From assembly GCA_015068135.1 (NCBI GenBank), contig SVLB01000002.1, forward strand, positions 16,632-80,631: a stretch of DNA of 64,000 bases, written 5' to 3'. Shown here piece by piece: positions 1 to 8,451 of this stretch. Source of the stretch: Oscillospiraceae bacterium. Its GTDB lineage: Bacteria > Bacillota > Clostridia > Oscillospirales > Oscillospiraceae. Every line of letters starts with the position of its first letter. Within the stretch, counting starts at the first letter, position 1. The notes beneath the pieces were generated by a model that saw only the letters and a list, made by a program, of their open reading frames with translations, did not search any database and was not told the origin of the DNA. The translations under genes were made by a program, and so were the position numbers.

Positions 1-702
1 TTCAAACTCGCCCCGGTACTTGGTACCTGCCACCAAATTTGCCATATTCAGGCTCATGAGACGTTTTTCTTTCAATTGCGGCGGAACATTTCCCACCGCC
101 ATCCGCTGGGCAAGTCCCTCGGCAATGGCTGTTTTGCCCACGCCGGGCTCTCCCACCAAGGCAGGGTTGTTCTTATTCTTTCTGCTAAGGATCCCGATCA
201 CCGTATCGATCTCCCGGTCTCTGCCGATCACCGGCTCCATCCGGGAAGCCTTTTCCATCAGGTCCTCGGCAAACTGTTCCAATAATTTCACTGGCTCCTC
301 CTGACGCTTTGGTGCCGGGTCGTCCAATGACACCCGGCAAGTTCCAAGTATTTGAGCGGCGGTACACCGTTTTGTATGGGTCAGCGCCCACAAAAGGGAG
401 CCGGGATCCGGTTCTCTTTTTCCCAAGCGGGCAGCATACCGCACAGTATTTCGCAAAACTCCTGCACCTCCGGGGCTAAAACCCTGATACAGTTCTGCTC
501 CCGGGGTGCCCATTCCGTAAAACGCACAAGTCATAGCTTCCATTAGCTGGGGACTCGCTCCCCCATAACGTAGTAAAAAGCTCTCCCGGCAGGCAGTATT
601 TGCCAGGGCACAGAGCAAATGAGCCGACCCCACATAGCCATGCCCCCAGGCTTTTGCAAGTCTTCCTGCGTAGGTGATGATCCCACGCAAAGTCCGATCC
701 AC
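1..702 (-). CDS. ClpC/ClpB-family ATP-dependent Clp protease ATP-binding subunit (5' part only, runs off the left edge)
   Basis: Not in the ORF track. Hand translation from GTG at 702: [30 protein letters not shown] (Clp N-domain like)...[42 protein letters not shown]...[12 protein letters not shown], the classic NBD1 Walker A region. Confidence 0.92.
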   Translation of the reverse strand, partial: MDRTLRGIITYAGRLAKAWGHGYVGSAHLLCALANTACRESFLLRYGGASPQLMEAMTCAFYGMGTPGAELYQGFSPGGAGVLRNTVRYAARLGKREPDPGSLLWALTHTKRCTAAQILGTCRVSLDDPAPKRQEEPVKLLEQFAEDLMEKASRMEPVIGRDREIDTVIGILSRKNKNNPALVGEPGVGKTAIAEGLAQRMAVGNVPPQLKEKRLMSLNMANLVAGTKYRGEFE

Positions 703-729
703 GGCCCCATTCCCCCCTTTTATTTGGGA

Positions 730-758
730 AGTCTAGCCAGGGGGCAAAAAAAATATAC
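730..758 (-). promoter_or_regulatory. Putative SigF/SigG-type sporulation promoter upstream of the clp gene
   Basis: Minus strand GTATA-N15-GGCTAGACT resembles the SigF consensus GYATA-N15-GGnrAnAnT. Confidence 0.4.
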
Positions 759-778
759 GGCGGTTTATGAAAAAACAA

Positions 779-806
779 TTGCATTTTGAAAAATCCATGC
801 TAGAAT
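779..806 (+). promoter_or_regulatory. SigA promoter for ferredoxin
   Basis: TTGCAT-N16-TAGAAT with extended -10 TG. Confidence 0.55.
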
Positions 807-863
807 ATAGGTGCGTGCCCGTGTACGCATTATCAACATATCATATAAATTGGAGGGAAACTC

Positions 864-1034
864 ATGGCTTACAATATTACTGACGCTTGCGTCAAGTGCG
901 GCTCCTGCGCCGACAACTGCCCCGTAGAGGCTATCTCTGAGGGCGAGGACAAGTATGTCATCGATGCCGATGTCTGCGTGAACTGCGGCACCTGTGTTGA
1001 CAACTGCCCTGTTGAAGCAATCGAGGAAAACTAA
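864..1034 (+). CDS. 2[4Fe-4S] clostridial-type ferredoxin (56 aa)
   Basis: Not in the ORF track. GGAGG RBS; MAYNITDACVKCGSCADNCPVEAISEGEDKYVIDADVCVNCGTCVDNCPVEAIEEN has two CxxCxxCxxxCP motifs. Confidence 0.97.
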   Translation: MAYNITDACVKCGSCADNCPVEAISEGEDKYVIDADVCVNCGTCVDNCPVEAIEEN

Positions 1035-1049
1035 TTCTCCGATTTCGCC

Positions 1050-1093
1050 ATCAGCCTGCGCAACCGGTCTGCCGGCGCGCAGGCTGATTTTTT
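1050..1093 (+). terminator. Intrinsic terminator after ferredoxin
   Basis: ATCAGCCTGCGC...GCGCAGGCTGAT stem followed by a T run. Confidence 0.7.
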
Positions 1094-1105
1094 ATGGAGG
1101 CTCCC

Positions 1106-1801
1106 ATGGAAATTCTTCAAAACGGCTTTACTTTGGAGCTGTGCCCCGGCGCGTTCCCTTTGAGCACCGATTCCATTGCACTGGCCCATTTCGTAAAGCT
1201 TCCCAAAAACGCCCGGGTGTTGGATCTTGGCTCCGGATGCGGAACATTGGGGCTTATGCTTTGCGCGAAGGACCCCGGCTGCACCGTCACAGGCCTGGAA
1301 CTGGACCCGGCAGCCCACGAAACAGCCATGCAAAACGCAGCGCGCAATGAAGTTAGCCATAGGCTTACCAGCCTTTGCCGGGATCTTACCCTCCCGTTCC
1401 CGGAGGAAGCAGGTCGCTACAGTGTCTGCGTTTCCAATCCCCCTTATTTTTCCGGTGGACCTCAAAGTCAGACCCACGGCACTGCCCGGCGGGAGGATAG
1501 CTGCCCCATTGGCAGTGTGTTCCGCGCCGCCGCTCAAGCCCTGAAATACGGCGGTGACTTCTTTCTTGTCCACCGCCCGGAACGGCTTGCTGAGCTTTGC
1601 TCTCTGGGAAGTGAAAACGGCTTACAAGCCAAGCGGCTGCTGCTGTTGCGCCATCAGGCAGACGGTCCGATCAGCCTGATCCTTTTGCAATTCCGCAAGG
1701 GCGCAAAACCGGGTCTTTCCCTTTTTGAAGAAAGCCTTTACGGCAATGACGGCTCCCCCACCCCCTACTACCGATCCCTTTATCACATTCAGGAGGCATA
1801 A
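1106..1801 (+). CDS. tRNA1(Val) A37 N6-methyltransferase TrmN6/YabB-like
   Basis: VLDLGSGCG SAM motif and NPPY motif; upstream of rsmI as in Firmicutes; GGAGG before ATG 1106. Confidence 0.85.
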   Translation: MEILQNGFTLELCPGAFPLSTDSIALAHFVKLPKNARVLDLGSGCGTLGLMLCAKDPGCTVTGLELDPAAHETAMQNAARNEVSHRLTSLCRDLTLPFPEEAGRYSVCVSNPPYFSGGPQSQTHGTARREDSCPIGSVFRAAAQALKYGGDFFLVHRPERLAELCSLGSENGLQAKRLLLLRHQADGPISLILLQFRKGAKPGLSLFEESLYGNDGSPTPYYRSLYHIQEA

Positions 1802-1802
1802 T

Positions 1803-2633
1803 ATGGCTGGAATGCTCTATCTCGTCCCCACCCCCATCGGCAATTTGGGGGATATTTCCCAGCGGTGCAGACAGACCCTGGAGGACGCGGATTTCATCGC
1901 CGCGGAGGACACCCGGGTCACATTGAAGCTGCTCAATCACCTGGGCATAAAAAAAAGCCTTGTCAGCTACTTTGAGCATAACAAGACGCAAAAGGGCGAC
2001 TGGATCGTCAGCCGCATTCTGGCCGGTGAGACCTGCGCGCTGGTCTCCGATGCAGGCTCTCCCGCCATCTCAGACCCCGGTGAAGAGCTGGTAAAGCAAT
2101 GTGCCGATGCCGGGATCACCGTTTGTGCCATTCCCGGTCCCTGCGCCGTGATCACCGCCCTGAGCATTTCCGGTCAGGCCACCGGTCGGTTCTGCTTTGA
2201 AGGCTTCCTGTCCACCGCCAAAAAAAGCCGTCGGGAGCATTTGGAGGCTCTGAAGGACGAGCAAAGAACCATGATCTTTTACGAGGCTCCCCACAAGCTC
2301 ACCGCTACCCTGGAATCCATGGCGGAGGTTTTCGGTCCGGAGCGCCCCATCAGCCTGTGCCGGGAACTGACCAAACTCCACGAGGAGGTCATCCGCACCA
2401 CCTTGCAGGGGGCAATGGACCTGTATGCCCAGCAGCCGCCCAAGGGAGAGTTTGTCCTGGTGGTAGCAGGGGCGCAGCCAAAGGAGGAGGTCCTGGCGAC
2501 CCCCGACGATGCCGCTCAGCGGGTCAAGACCCTGATGGAGCAGGGTCTTAGCCGCAAGGATGCCATCAAGCAGACCGCGCAGGAGCTGGACCTTCCCAAA
2601 AACGTAGTTTACGATGCCGCTTTGACCTTATAA
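1803..2633 (+). CDS. rsmI: 16S rRNA C1402 2'-O-methyltransferase
   Basis: LYLVPTPIGNLGDIS, AAEDTR, VSDAGSPAISDPG, RELTKLHEE. Confidence 0.96.
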   Translation: MAGMLYLVPTPIGNLGDISQRCRQTLEDADFIAAEDTRVTLKLLNHLGIKKSLVSYFEHNKTQKGDWIVSRILAGETCALVSDAGSPAISDPGEELVKQCADAGITVCAIPGPCAVITALSISGQATGRFCFEGFLSTAKKSRREHLEALKDEQRTMIFYEAPHKLTATLESMAEVFGPERPISLCRELTKLHEEVIRTTLQGAMDLYAQQPPKGEFVLVVAGAQPKEEVLATPDDAAQRVKTLMEQGLSRKDAIKQTAQELDLPKNVVYDAALTL

Positions 2634-2639
2634 GTATGG

Positions 2640-2687
2640 AAAATAGCGCAAAATCTGCATATTTCTTGCAGATTTTGCGCTATTTTT
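2640..2687. terminator. Bidirectional terminator hairpin between rsmI and the kinase gene
   Basis: AAAATAGCGCAAAATCTGCA / TGCAGATTTTGCGCTATTTT perfect inverted repeat between convergent genes. Confidence 0.75.
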
Positions 2688-2694
2688 ACCTCCC

Positions 2695-2720
2695 GGACAC
2701 CCGAGGACGGGTGTCCCTAT
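2695..2720. repeat. GTAG-family REP-like palindrome
   Basis: GGACACCCG-AGGA-CGGGTGTCC-CTAT; related to GAGGACGGCGGTCCCTAC at 19768. Confidence 0.5.
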
Positions 2721-2801
2721 CGGTGAATACCACACATGCCCATCGGGGTCAAAAATCTTTTCGGGCTGCCGATGATGTTTTCGTTTACGGTGATGTGATT
2801 G

Positions 2802-3995
2802 CTAAGCATCACAGGGCAATAACACGCAGAAGAGGTTTCCCCGTTCGTCGCTTTGTACCCAGATCTTTCCGCCATGCTCCGTCACCGCGCTTTTGGCTAT
2901 GGCAAGTCCCAGTCCAAAGCTTCCGTTATTGGTGCGGGCCTGATCGCCCTTGTAGAAGCGGTCAAAAAGCTTTTCTGCCTGCCGGGCATCAATAGGCTGT
3001 CCGGGGGTGTAGACAGATAGAATACACTGGTTTTTCGTATGCCTTTCAAGCCGCAGCCACACAACACCGGGATCGGAATATTTGACGCCGTTATCCAAAA
3101 GAATCTGCACCGTTTGCCGCAAATACTGGGCATTTCCCCATAGGGTGATCCCAGGCTGGATCTGAGATCTCAGCTCCAGTCCCCGTTCAAAGAACACCGG
3201 CTCAAAGGGAAGGACCGCATCCTCTGTTAGCTGGCTCATATCCAGTTGTTCAAAGCTTTTCTGCACCTGTCCATTATCCACACGGGTCAGCTCCAAAAGG
3301 CCCTCCACCAGTTTTCGCATCTGCTCCGACGCGGTGAGAATATTTTGGGCATAGGGCTTCTCCCGGACTTCCTCTGCCAGCAATTCTCCATTGCTCATGA
3401 TCACGGTCAATGGGGTCTTCAGTTCATGGGAGGCATCGGAAATAAACTGTTTTTGCTGTTTCCATGCCCGGTCTACCGGTCGCACCATCCATCTTGCCAG
3501 CAGAATGCTCAGTCCCAAAAAGGCGGCAATGCTGCAAAGGGCGATGATCAGGCTGGTGGTGATCAGATCCTCCAGGGTATGCTCCTGGCTGGAAATATCC
3601 ACGAAGGCAATGACCCGGACCCCGAATGCCCAATCGGTACGGTAACGCAGATCATAGTCTTTTAAGCAGCCCTCCGTTTGATCATTGTGCAGAACACGGG
3701 CAGCAAGTTCCTGCAAAAGGGTCTCGTCACTTAGATCATATCGGATCATTCCTGACGCAAATATATCTCCGCGGCTGCTGACCTGCATCAGGATATACGG
3801 AAGTCCCACATTCTGCCGTTCATGGGGATTTCCCGCCTTCTGCGCCCACTGGCACAAGGTTTCCAAAACAGAATCTGCCCGGTCCTCCAGGTTTTCGGCG
3901 GTGAAATGATACACAAGTCCAAAGATGACGGACAGCATCACGAGGACAATGGATATGGTCACCAAAACAAATTTCAGTCTGAGTTTTTTCAGCAA
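2802..3995 (-). CDS. Sensor histidine kinase (HisKA/HATPase)
   Basis: Two TM segments, H-box FISDASHELKTPL, ILLDNGVKY, GLGLAIAK. Confidence 0.95.
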   Translation of the reverse strand: MLKKLRLKFVLVTISIVLVMLSVIFGLVYHFTAENLEDRADSVLETLCQWAQKAGNPHERQNVGLPYILMQVSSRGDIFASGMIRYDLSDETLLQELAARVLHNDQTEGCLKDYDLRYRTDWAFGVRVIAFVDISSQEHTLEDLITTSLIIALCSIAAFLGLSILLARWMVRPVDRAWKQQKQFISDASHELKTPLTVIMSNGELLAEEVREKPYAQNILTASEQMRKLVEGLLELTRVDNGQVQKSFEQLDMSQLTEDAVLPFEPVFFERGLELRSQIQPGITLWGNAQYLRQTVQILLDNGVKYSDPGVVWLRLERHTKNQCILSVYTPGQPIDARQAEKLFDRFYKGDQARTNNGSFGLGLAIAKSAVTEHGGKIWVQSDERGNLFCVLLPCDA

Positions 3996-4666
3996 TCTCC
4001 ATCCACCTCCAAATGGTAGCCCAAGCGGCGAATGGCCGCGATCCGCAGGTTAGACCCAATGCTTCGCAGCTTTTTACGCAGAAAGCCCACGTAGACCTCC
4101 ACATGGTTTTCTACCGCATTGGAATCATAGCCCCAAACCTTTGCCAAAATTGCCTCCTTGGAGAGGTTTCTGTCCCGGGAGTGAAGCAAATAACGCATCA
4201 CATCAAATTCCTTGGCAGACAACCGCACGGAGCGTTCCCCACAAACCAAGGTGGAGGAGGCAAGGTCCAACGCAGTATTGCCGTACACCAGCTCGTCCAC
4301 CTGTCCGCCCTGTCTGCGCAGAAGGGCGTTGATGCATGCCAAAAGTTCCCGGGAATCAAAGGGCTTGGTCAGATAATAGTCCGCACCGGCGTTGAGTCCG
4401 GCGATCCGATCTTCAATGGCAGATTTGGCAGTGAGCATCAAAATAGGCGTTCCGCACCTGCCTGCGCGCACCTGCCTTGCCACCTGGTAGCCATCCAGTC
4501 CCGGCATCATCACATCCAGGATCAGAAGATCGTACACACCCAAAAGGGCATACTCCGCTCCGTTTTCTCCGTCGTAAACCACTTCCACGTCAAAGCCCTT
4601 TCGGGTAAGTAACGTTTTCAGAGAATCTGCCAGCAGTACTTCATCTTCCACGATCAGTATCTTCAT
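3989..4666 (-). CDS. OmpR-family response regulator
   Basis: KILIVEDE, LLILDVMMPGLDG, GADYYLTKPF, winged-helix C-terminus. Confidence 0.96.
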   Translation of the reverse strand: MKILIVEDEVLLADSLKTLLTRKGFDVEVVYDGENGAEYALLGVYDLLILDVMMPGLDGYQVARQVRAGRCGTPILMLTAKSAIEDRIAGLNAGADYYLTKPFDSRELLACINALLRRQGGQVDELVYGNTALDLASSTLVCGERSVRLSAKEFDVMRYLLHSRDRNLSKEAILAKVWGYDSNAVENHVEVYVGFLRKKLRSIGSNLRIAAIRRLGYHLEVDGDC

Positions 4667-4748
4667 AGATTACCTCCTGTATCTGTATCTACCATTATAG
4701 TAAGGGCATGTCCTGAAATAAAGCTGAAAATTGTAAATTTTTTTCGCC

Positions 4749-4777
4749 GCATGAACCCTTGTCTCCCGGCATAGGCT
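4749..4777 (+). promoter_or_regulatory. Putative SigE-type promoter for the ssb paralogue
   Basis: GCATGAA-N14-CATAGGCT resembles the SigE -35/-10 (cATAcanT) arrangement. Confidence 0.35.
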
Positions 4778-4809
4778 TTGACATAGCTTACGCTTTGAGG
4801 TGGTACAAT

Positions 4810-5409
4810 ATGGAACATACTGTAAACGTTATAACTGTCCGGGGAAGCCTTTTGGAGCTTCCTGCTTTCTCCCATTCCAATCATGGCAGACGGTTCTGCC
4901 GGTTTGTTTTGGAGGTTCCACGCCTGTCCGGAGCTGTGGATCAGCTTCCGGTGATCGCTGAAGAGTCGTTAATTATGGGGTTGGATCCTTTTGCCGGGGA
5001 GATGCTGACGGTCACCGGGCAGATCCGGTCTCATAATATGCGGGTGGAAGGAGTCCGCCGACTGATGATCTTTGTTTTTGCAGACACCGTCACCGTAGAG
5101 GACGGAGAGCCCATCAATGATGTATGTATTGAGGGTCCGTTATGCCGGGAACCGGTCTATCGGAGAACCCCTTTAGGCAGAGAGATCTGTGATGTGATGC
5201 TGGCTGTGCCCCGTGCCTTTCACCGGGCAGATTATCTTCCGGGGATCCTATGGGGCAGGACCGCCAAGGAGTTAAGTGACTGCCCCGTAGGACAGACGAT
5301 CCGCATTCTGGGAAGACTCCAAAGCCGCATTTATACCAAGCTGACACCGGAAGGGCCCATTGACCGGGTGGCCTACGAAGTATCCGCCCTGACAGCAGAG
5401 GCTCTCTAG
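4810..5409 (+). CDS. Single-stranded DNA-binding protein paralogue with two OB folds
   Basis: RLSGAVDQLPV...GQIRSHN and YRRTPLGREICD...GRLQSRIY...AYEVS; GAGGTG RBS. Confidence 0.88.
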   Translation: MEHTVNVITVRGSLLELPAFSHSNHGRRFCRFVLEVPRLSGAVDQLPVIAEESLIMGLDPFAGEMLTVTGQIRSHNMRVEGVRRLMIFVFADTVTVEDGEPINDVCIEGPLCREPVYRRTPLGREICDVMLAVPRAFHRADYLPGILWGRTAKELSDCPVGQTIRILGRLQSRIYTKLTPEGPIDRVAYEVSALTAEAL

Positions 5410-5417
5410 CTCAAGCC

Positions 5418-5527
5418 GGAAACAACACCAAATAAGATAATAAGATAATAAGATATTAAGATATTAAGATATCTCAATATCTTCAATATCTACAATATCT
5501 ATAATATCTTTTTTTGGTGTTGTTTCC
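5418..5527. repeat. 110-nt imperfect palindrome with periodic AGAT/ATCT repeats
   Basis: 15-bp perfect IR GGAAACAACACCAAA/TTTGGTGTTGTTTCC encloses five AGAT units (8-nt period) and five ATCT units (mostly 9-nt period). Confidence 0.85.
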
Positions 5528-5601
5528 AAAGCCACGGCTGATCCAGCCGATACTTCATTGTATGGCAAAGAACGCATTTCGTGCGGAGAGGAGGGAAACC
5601 C

Positions 5602-7083
5602 TTGCGCAGAGTACCGGTATTTTACAGTGCCGTGATGCTCACCGCTGTGAATCTGCTGCTGAAGCTGGCATCCACCGGCTTTCAGGTATATCTGTCCGGC
5701 AGGATCGGTCCGGCTGGGATCGGGCTGATGCAATTGGTCCTGAGTGTTGGCGGGCTTTCCCTCACTGTGGGGATCGCCGGGATCCGTACCGCAACCATGT
5801 ACTTGTCCGCAGAGGAGCTGGGCCGGGGACAACCCCAAAATATCCCCTGGGTCTTGCGGGGCTGCTTTGGCTATTGCATCCTTTTCAGCGGTATCGCCGC
5901 CCTGGGTCTGTATCTGTTTGCGCCAACCCTGGCAAGGATTTGGATCGCAGATCCGCGCACTGCTTCTGCCCTTCGGCTCTTTGCCGGTTTTCTGCCTGTC
6001 AGCTGCTTATGCGGTGTTATGACGGGGTATTTTACCGCCGCCGGCCGCATCGGCACCCTGGCAGCGGTGGAAGTTGCGGAGCAGGCTCTATCCATGACGG
6101 CCACCTCGATCCTTCTTTCTCTGGGCGGCAGTCAGGGCTCGGACCGCGCCTGTATGTCCGTGATCCTGGGAAGCGGTATGGGAAGCTGTCTGACACTACT
6201 GAGCCTGATGCTGCTGGCAAAGCCCAAAAAAGCAGGGCCAAGGATCCCGGTTAGAAAACGGCTCGCTTCCACCGCCCTGCCCCTGGCTGTGGCCGATGAC
6301 CTGAAAACCGGACTGACTACTCTGGAAAACCTCACTGTTCCAAAACGGTTGGCACTCTATCCCGGGTCCTCACAGCCCCTGGCAGACTTCGGGCTGGTCT
6401 GCGGCATGGTATTCCCCGTAATGATGTTCCCGGCGGCAATTCTATATGCCCTGGCAGAGCTGCTGATCCCGGAATTTGCCCGGTGCAGTGCCGCAGGCAG
6501 TGTACGAAGGATCCGATATCTGTCTGCCAGGAGCCTGAAGGTAGCGCTGCTGTATGGCTGTTTCATGGGAGGCGGCATGTTTCTTTGCGCCGGGGAGCTT
6601 TGTTTGACGCTCTATGATAACCCCGATGCTGGGGCGCAGCTTCGGCTGTATGCAGTGCTTGTGCCCATGCTCTACTGTGATGCCATTACGGATGCCACCA
6701 ACAAGGGACTGGGTCTGCAAAAAACCTGTATGCGGTACAATATTCTGACCGCCGCTATGGATCTGGGCGGCTTGTTTATACTGCTTCCAAAATTCGGCAT
6801 GGAAGGGTATTTTATCAGCTTTTCCATTTCCCATTTGGTGAACTTTTGGCTGAGTGTGCGGCTGCTTCTGAAAACCACCGGAAGGAGCTGGCATATAAAA
6901 ATACCGGCAACAGCATTGCTGTGTACCGGTATTTGTGTGTATATGGCAGGTTTCATTCACCAGGTCTATCTTCGGGTGGGATGTTTTGCACTGCTTTTAT
7001 TCTGCCTTTGGACCATCGCAGGTCTCGTCGGGAAACAGGATCTTCTTTGGATCCGTGGAATGGTGTCTGGGCAAAAGGCGTAA
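5602..7083 (+). CDS. SpoVB/MurJ-like polysaccharide or lipid II flippase (MOP superfamily)
   Basis: Many TM segments; YLSGRIGPAGIGLMQL, FGLVCGMVFPVMMFP; GGAGG then TTG at 5602. Confidence 0.8.
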   Translation: MRRVPVFYSAVMLTAVNLLLKLASTGFQVYLSGRIGPAGIGLMQLVLSVGGLSLTVGIAGIRTATMYLSAEELGRGQPQNIPWVLRGCFGYCILFSGIAALGLYLFAPTLARIWIADPRTASALRLFAGFLPVSCLCGVMTGYFTAAGRIGTLAAVEVAEQALSMTATSILLSLGGSQGSDRACMSVILGSGMGSCLTLLSLMLLAKPKKAGPRIPVRKRLASTALPLAVADDLKTGLTTLENLTVPKRLALYPGSSQPLADFGLVCGMVFPVMMFPAAILYALAELLIPEFARCSAAGSVRRIRYLSARSLKVALLYGCFMGGGMFLCAGELCLTLYDNPDAGAQLRLYAVLVPMLYCDAITDATNKGLGLQKTCMRYNILTAAMDLGGLFILLPKFGMEGYFISFSISHLVNFWLSVRLLLKTTGRSWHIKIPATALLCTGICVYMAGFIHQVYLRVGCFALLLFCLWTIAGLVGKQDLLWIRGMVSGQKA

Positions 7084-7113
7084 AAGGTTGGTTCTTTCAT
7101 AACAACCAAATTC

Positions 7114-8451
7114 TCAAACATAGTGATATCGTTTACGGAAACCCAGGAAGCAGCCAAAGGTAAGCAGCGCCGCCAGGGCTTCTGCCACTACGATGCTCCA
7201 CCAAATGCCATCCATGCCCCAAATCAAGGGCAGCAGCAGTACCGCAACTGATTGCAGTACAAGGGTCCTCACAAAGGAGATGATCGCAGATACCAGCCCG
7301 TTATTAAAGGCCGTAAACAGCGAGGAGCCAAAAATGCTGAAGCCGCATACCAAAAAGGACAGACTGAAGATCCGGAAGCCCCGGACAGTCATTGCCTTCA
7401 GCGCCGGGTCGTAGCCCACAAACAGTTCCGAAAGGGGATCGGCCAGGGCTTCTGCCGCACTCAGCATTGCCAAAGACAGCACCGCAAAAATCACCAGGCT
7501 CTTGCGGAACATGCTTTTCAGTTCCCCGTGATTCTGGGCCCCGTGATGGTAGCCGAAAATCGGTGCCGTACCAATTGCCATGCCGATAAATACGGAGATG
7601 AAAATAAAATTCACATACATGATCACGCCGTAGGCGGCAATGCCGTCCTCCCCTGCCCAGCGGATCAGCTGGTAGTTATATAGCATGGTCACCAGGTTCA
7701 TGGAAAGATTGCTCATCAACTCCGAAGATCCGTTGGCACTGGCACGCAGCAGGGCTTTTCCGTCAAAGCGGCATTTGCCCAGCCGCAATACCGTGGGATT
7801 GGGGCGGGCAAAATAGACGATGGGGATCACCGCACCGATGATCTGCGCCAAAGCGGTCGCCCAGGCGGCACCCTCCAGTCCCCATTCAAACACCGCCACA
7901 AACAGCGCGTCCATGACAATATTGCAGACACCTGCCACTACCATCATGGCAAGGGACAAATTGGGTTTTTCCGCCGCTACGCAGAAGCTTTGGAAGGCAA
8001 ACTGCAGAATATAGGCGGTGGTGGAGATCAGTACGATCCTGGCATATACAACGCAGTCTTTCAGGATCTGCCCTTCCGCGCCTAAGAGTCTTGCCACCGG
8101 TTCCATGCCCAGCCAGCCGACGGCGGTCAGTGCTGCACCGCCACCGATACAAATATAGGTAAACAGGGAAAAATATTCATTGGCCCGTTTCCGGTCCCCC
8201 ATGCCCAAAGTCATAGAGATCAGCGCCGTACCGCCGGTTCCCAGCATAAAGCCCAAAATGCCGAAAACCATCAGGTAGGGCATAATGAGGTTGACCGCCG
8301 AAAAGGCTGTCTTTCCAACATAATTGGAAACAAAGATCCCATCGACCATGCCGTAAATGGAGGTGAAGATCATCATCGCCACCGAGGGCATGGTAAAACG
8401 CAATAACCGGGGATATGTAAAATGGTCAGATAATTTGATTTTCATAGTCAT
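7114..8451 (-). CDS. MATE family efflux transporter
   Basis: LLRFTMPSVAMMIFTSIYGMVDGIFVSNYVG; about 12 TM segments. Confidence 0.93.
   Translation of the reverse strand: MTMKIKLSDHFTYPRLLRFTMPSVAMMIFTSIYGMVDGIFVSNYVGKTAFSAVNLIMPYLMVFGILGFMLGTGGTALISMTLGMGDRKRANEYFSLFTYICIGGGAALTAVGWLGMEPVARLLGAEGQILKDCVVYARIVLISTTAYILQFAFQSFCVAAEKPNLSLAMMVVAGVCNIVMDALFVAVFEWGLEGAAWATALAQIIGAVIPIVYFARPNPTVLRLGKCRFDGKALLRASANGSSELMSNLSMNLVTMLYNYQLIRWAGEDGIAAYGVIMYVNFIFISVFIGMAIGTAPIFGYHHGAQNHGELKSMFRKSLVIFAVLSLAMLSAAEALADPLSELFVGYDPALKAMTVRGFRIFSLSFLVCGFSIFGSSLFTAFNNGLVSAIISFVRTLVLQSVAVLLLPLIWGMDGIWWSIVVAEALAALLTFGCFLGFRKRYHYV

Noticed and set aside
20-304. 94-aa + strand ORF
   Set aside because: Antisense shadow of the Clp ATPase; the real gene is on the minus strand.
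4778-4809. TTGACA...TACAAT directly before the ssb ATG (leaderless mRNA)
   Set aside because: The spacer is 20 nt, the -10 abuts the ATG, and a well-placed GAGGTG RBS is present.
5464-5838. Minus-strand ORF ending KKDIIDIVDIEDIEIS
   Set aside because: The repetitive peptide results from reading through the ATCT repeat, and the rest overlaps the flippase antisense.
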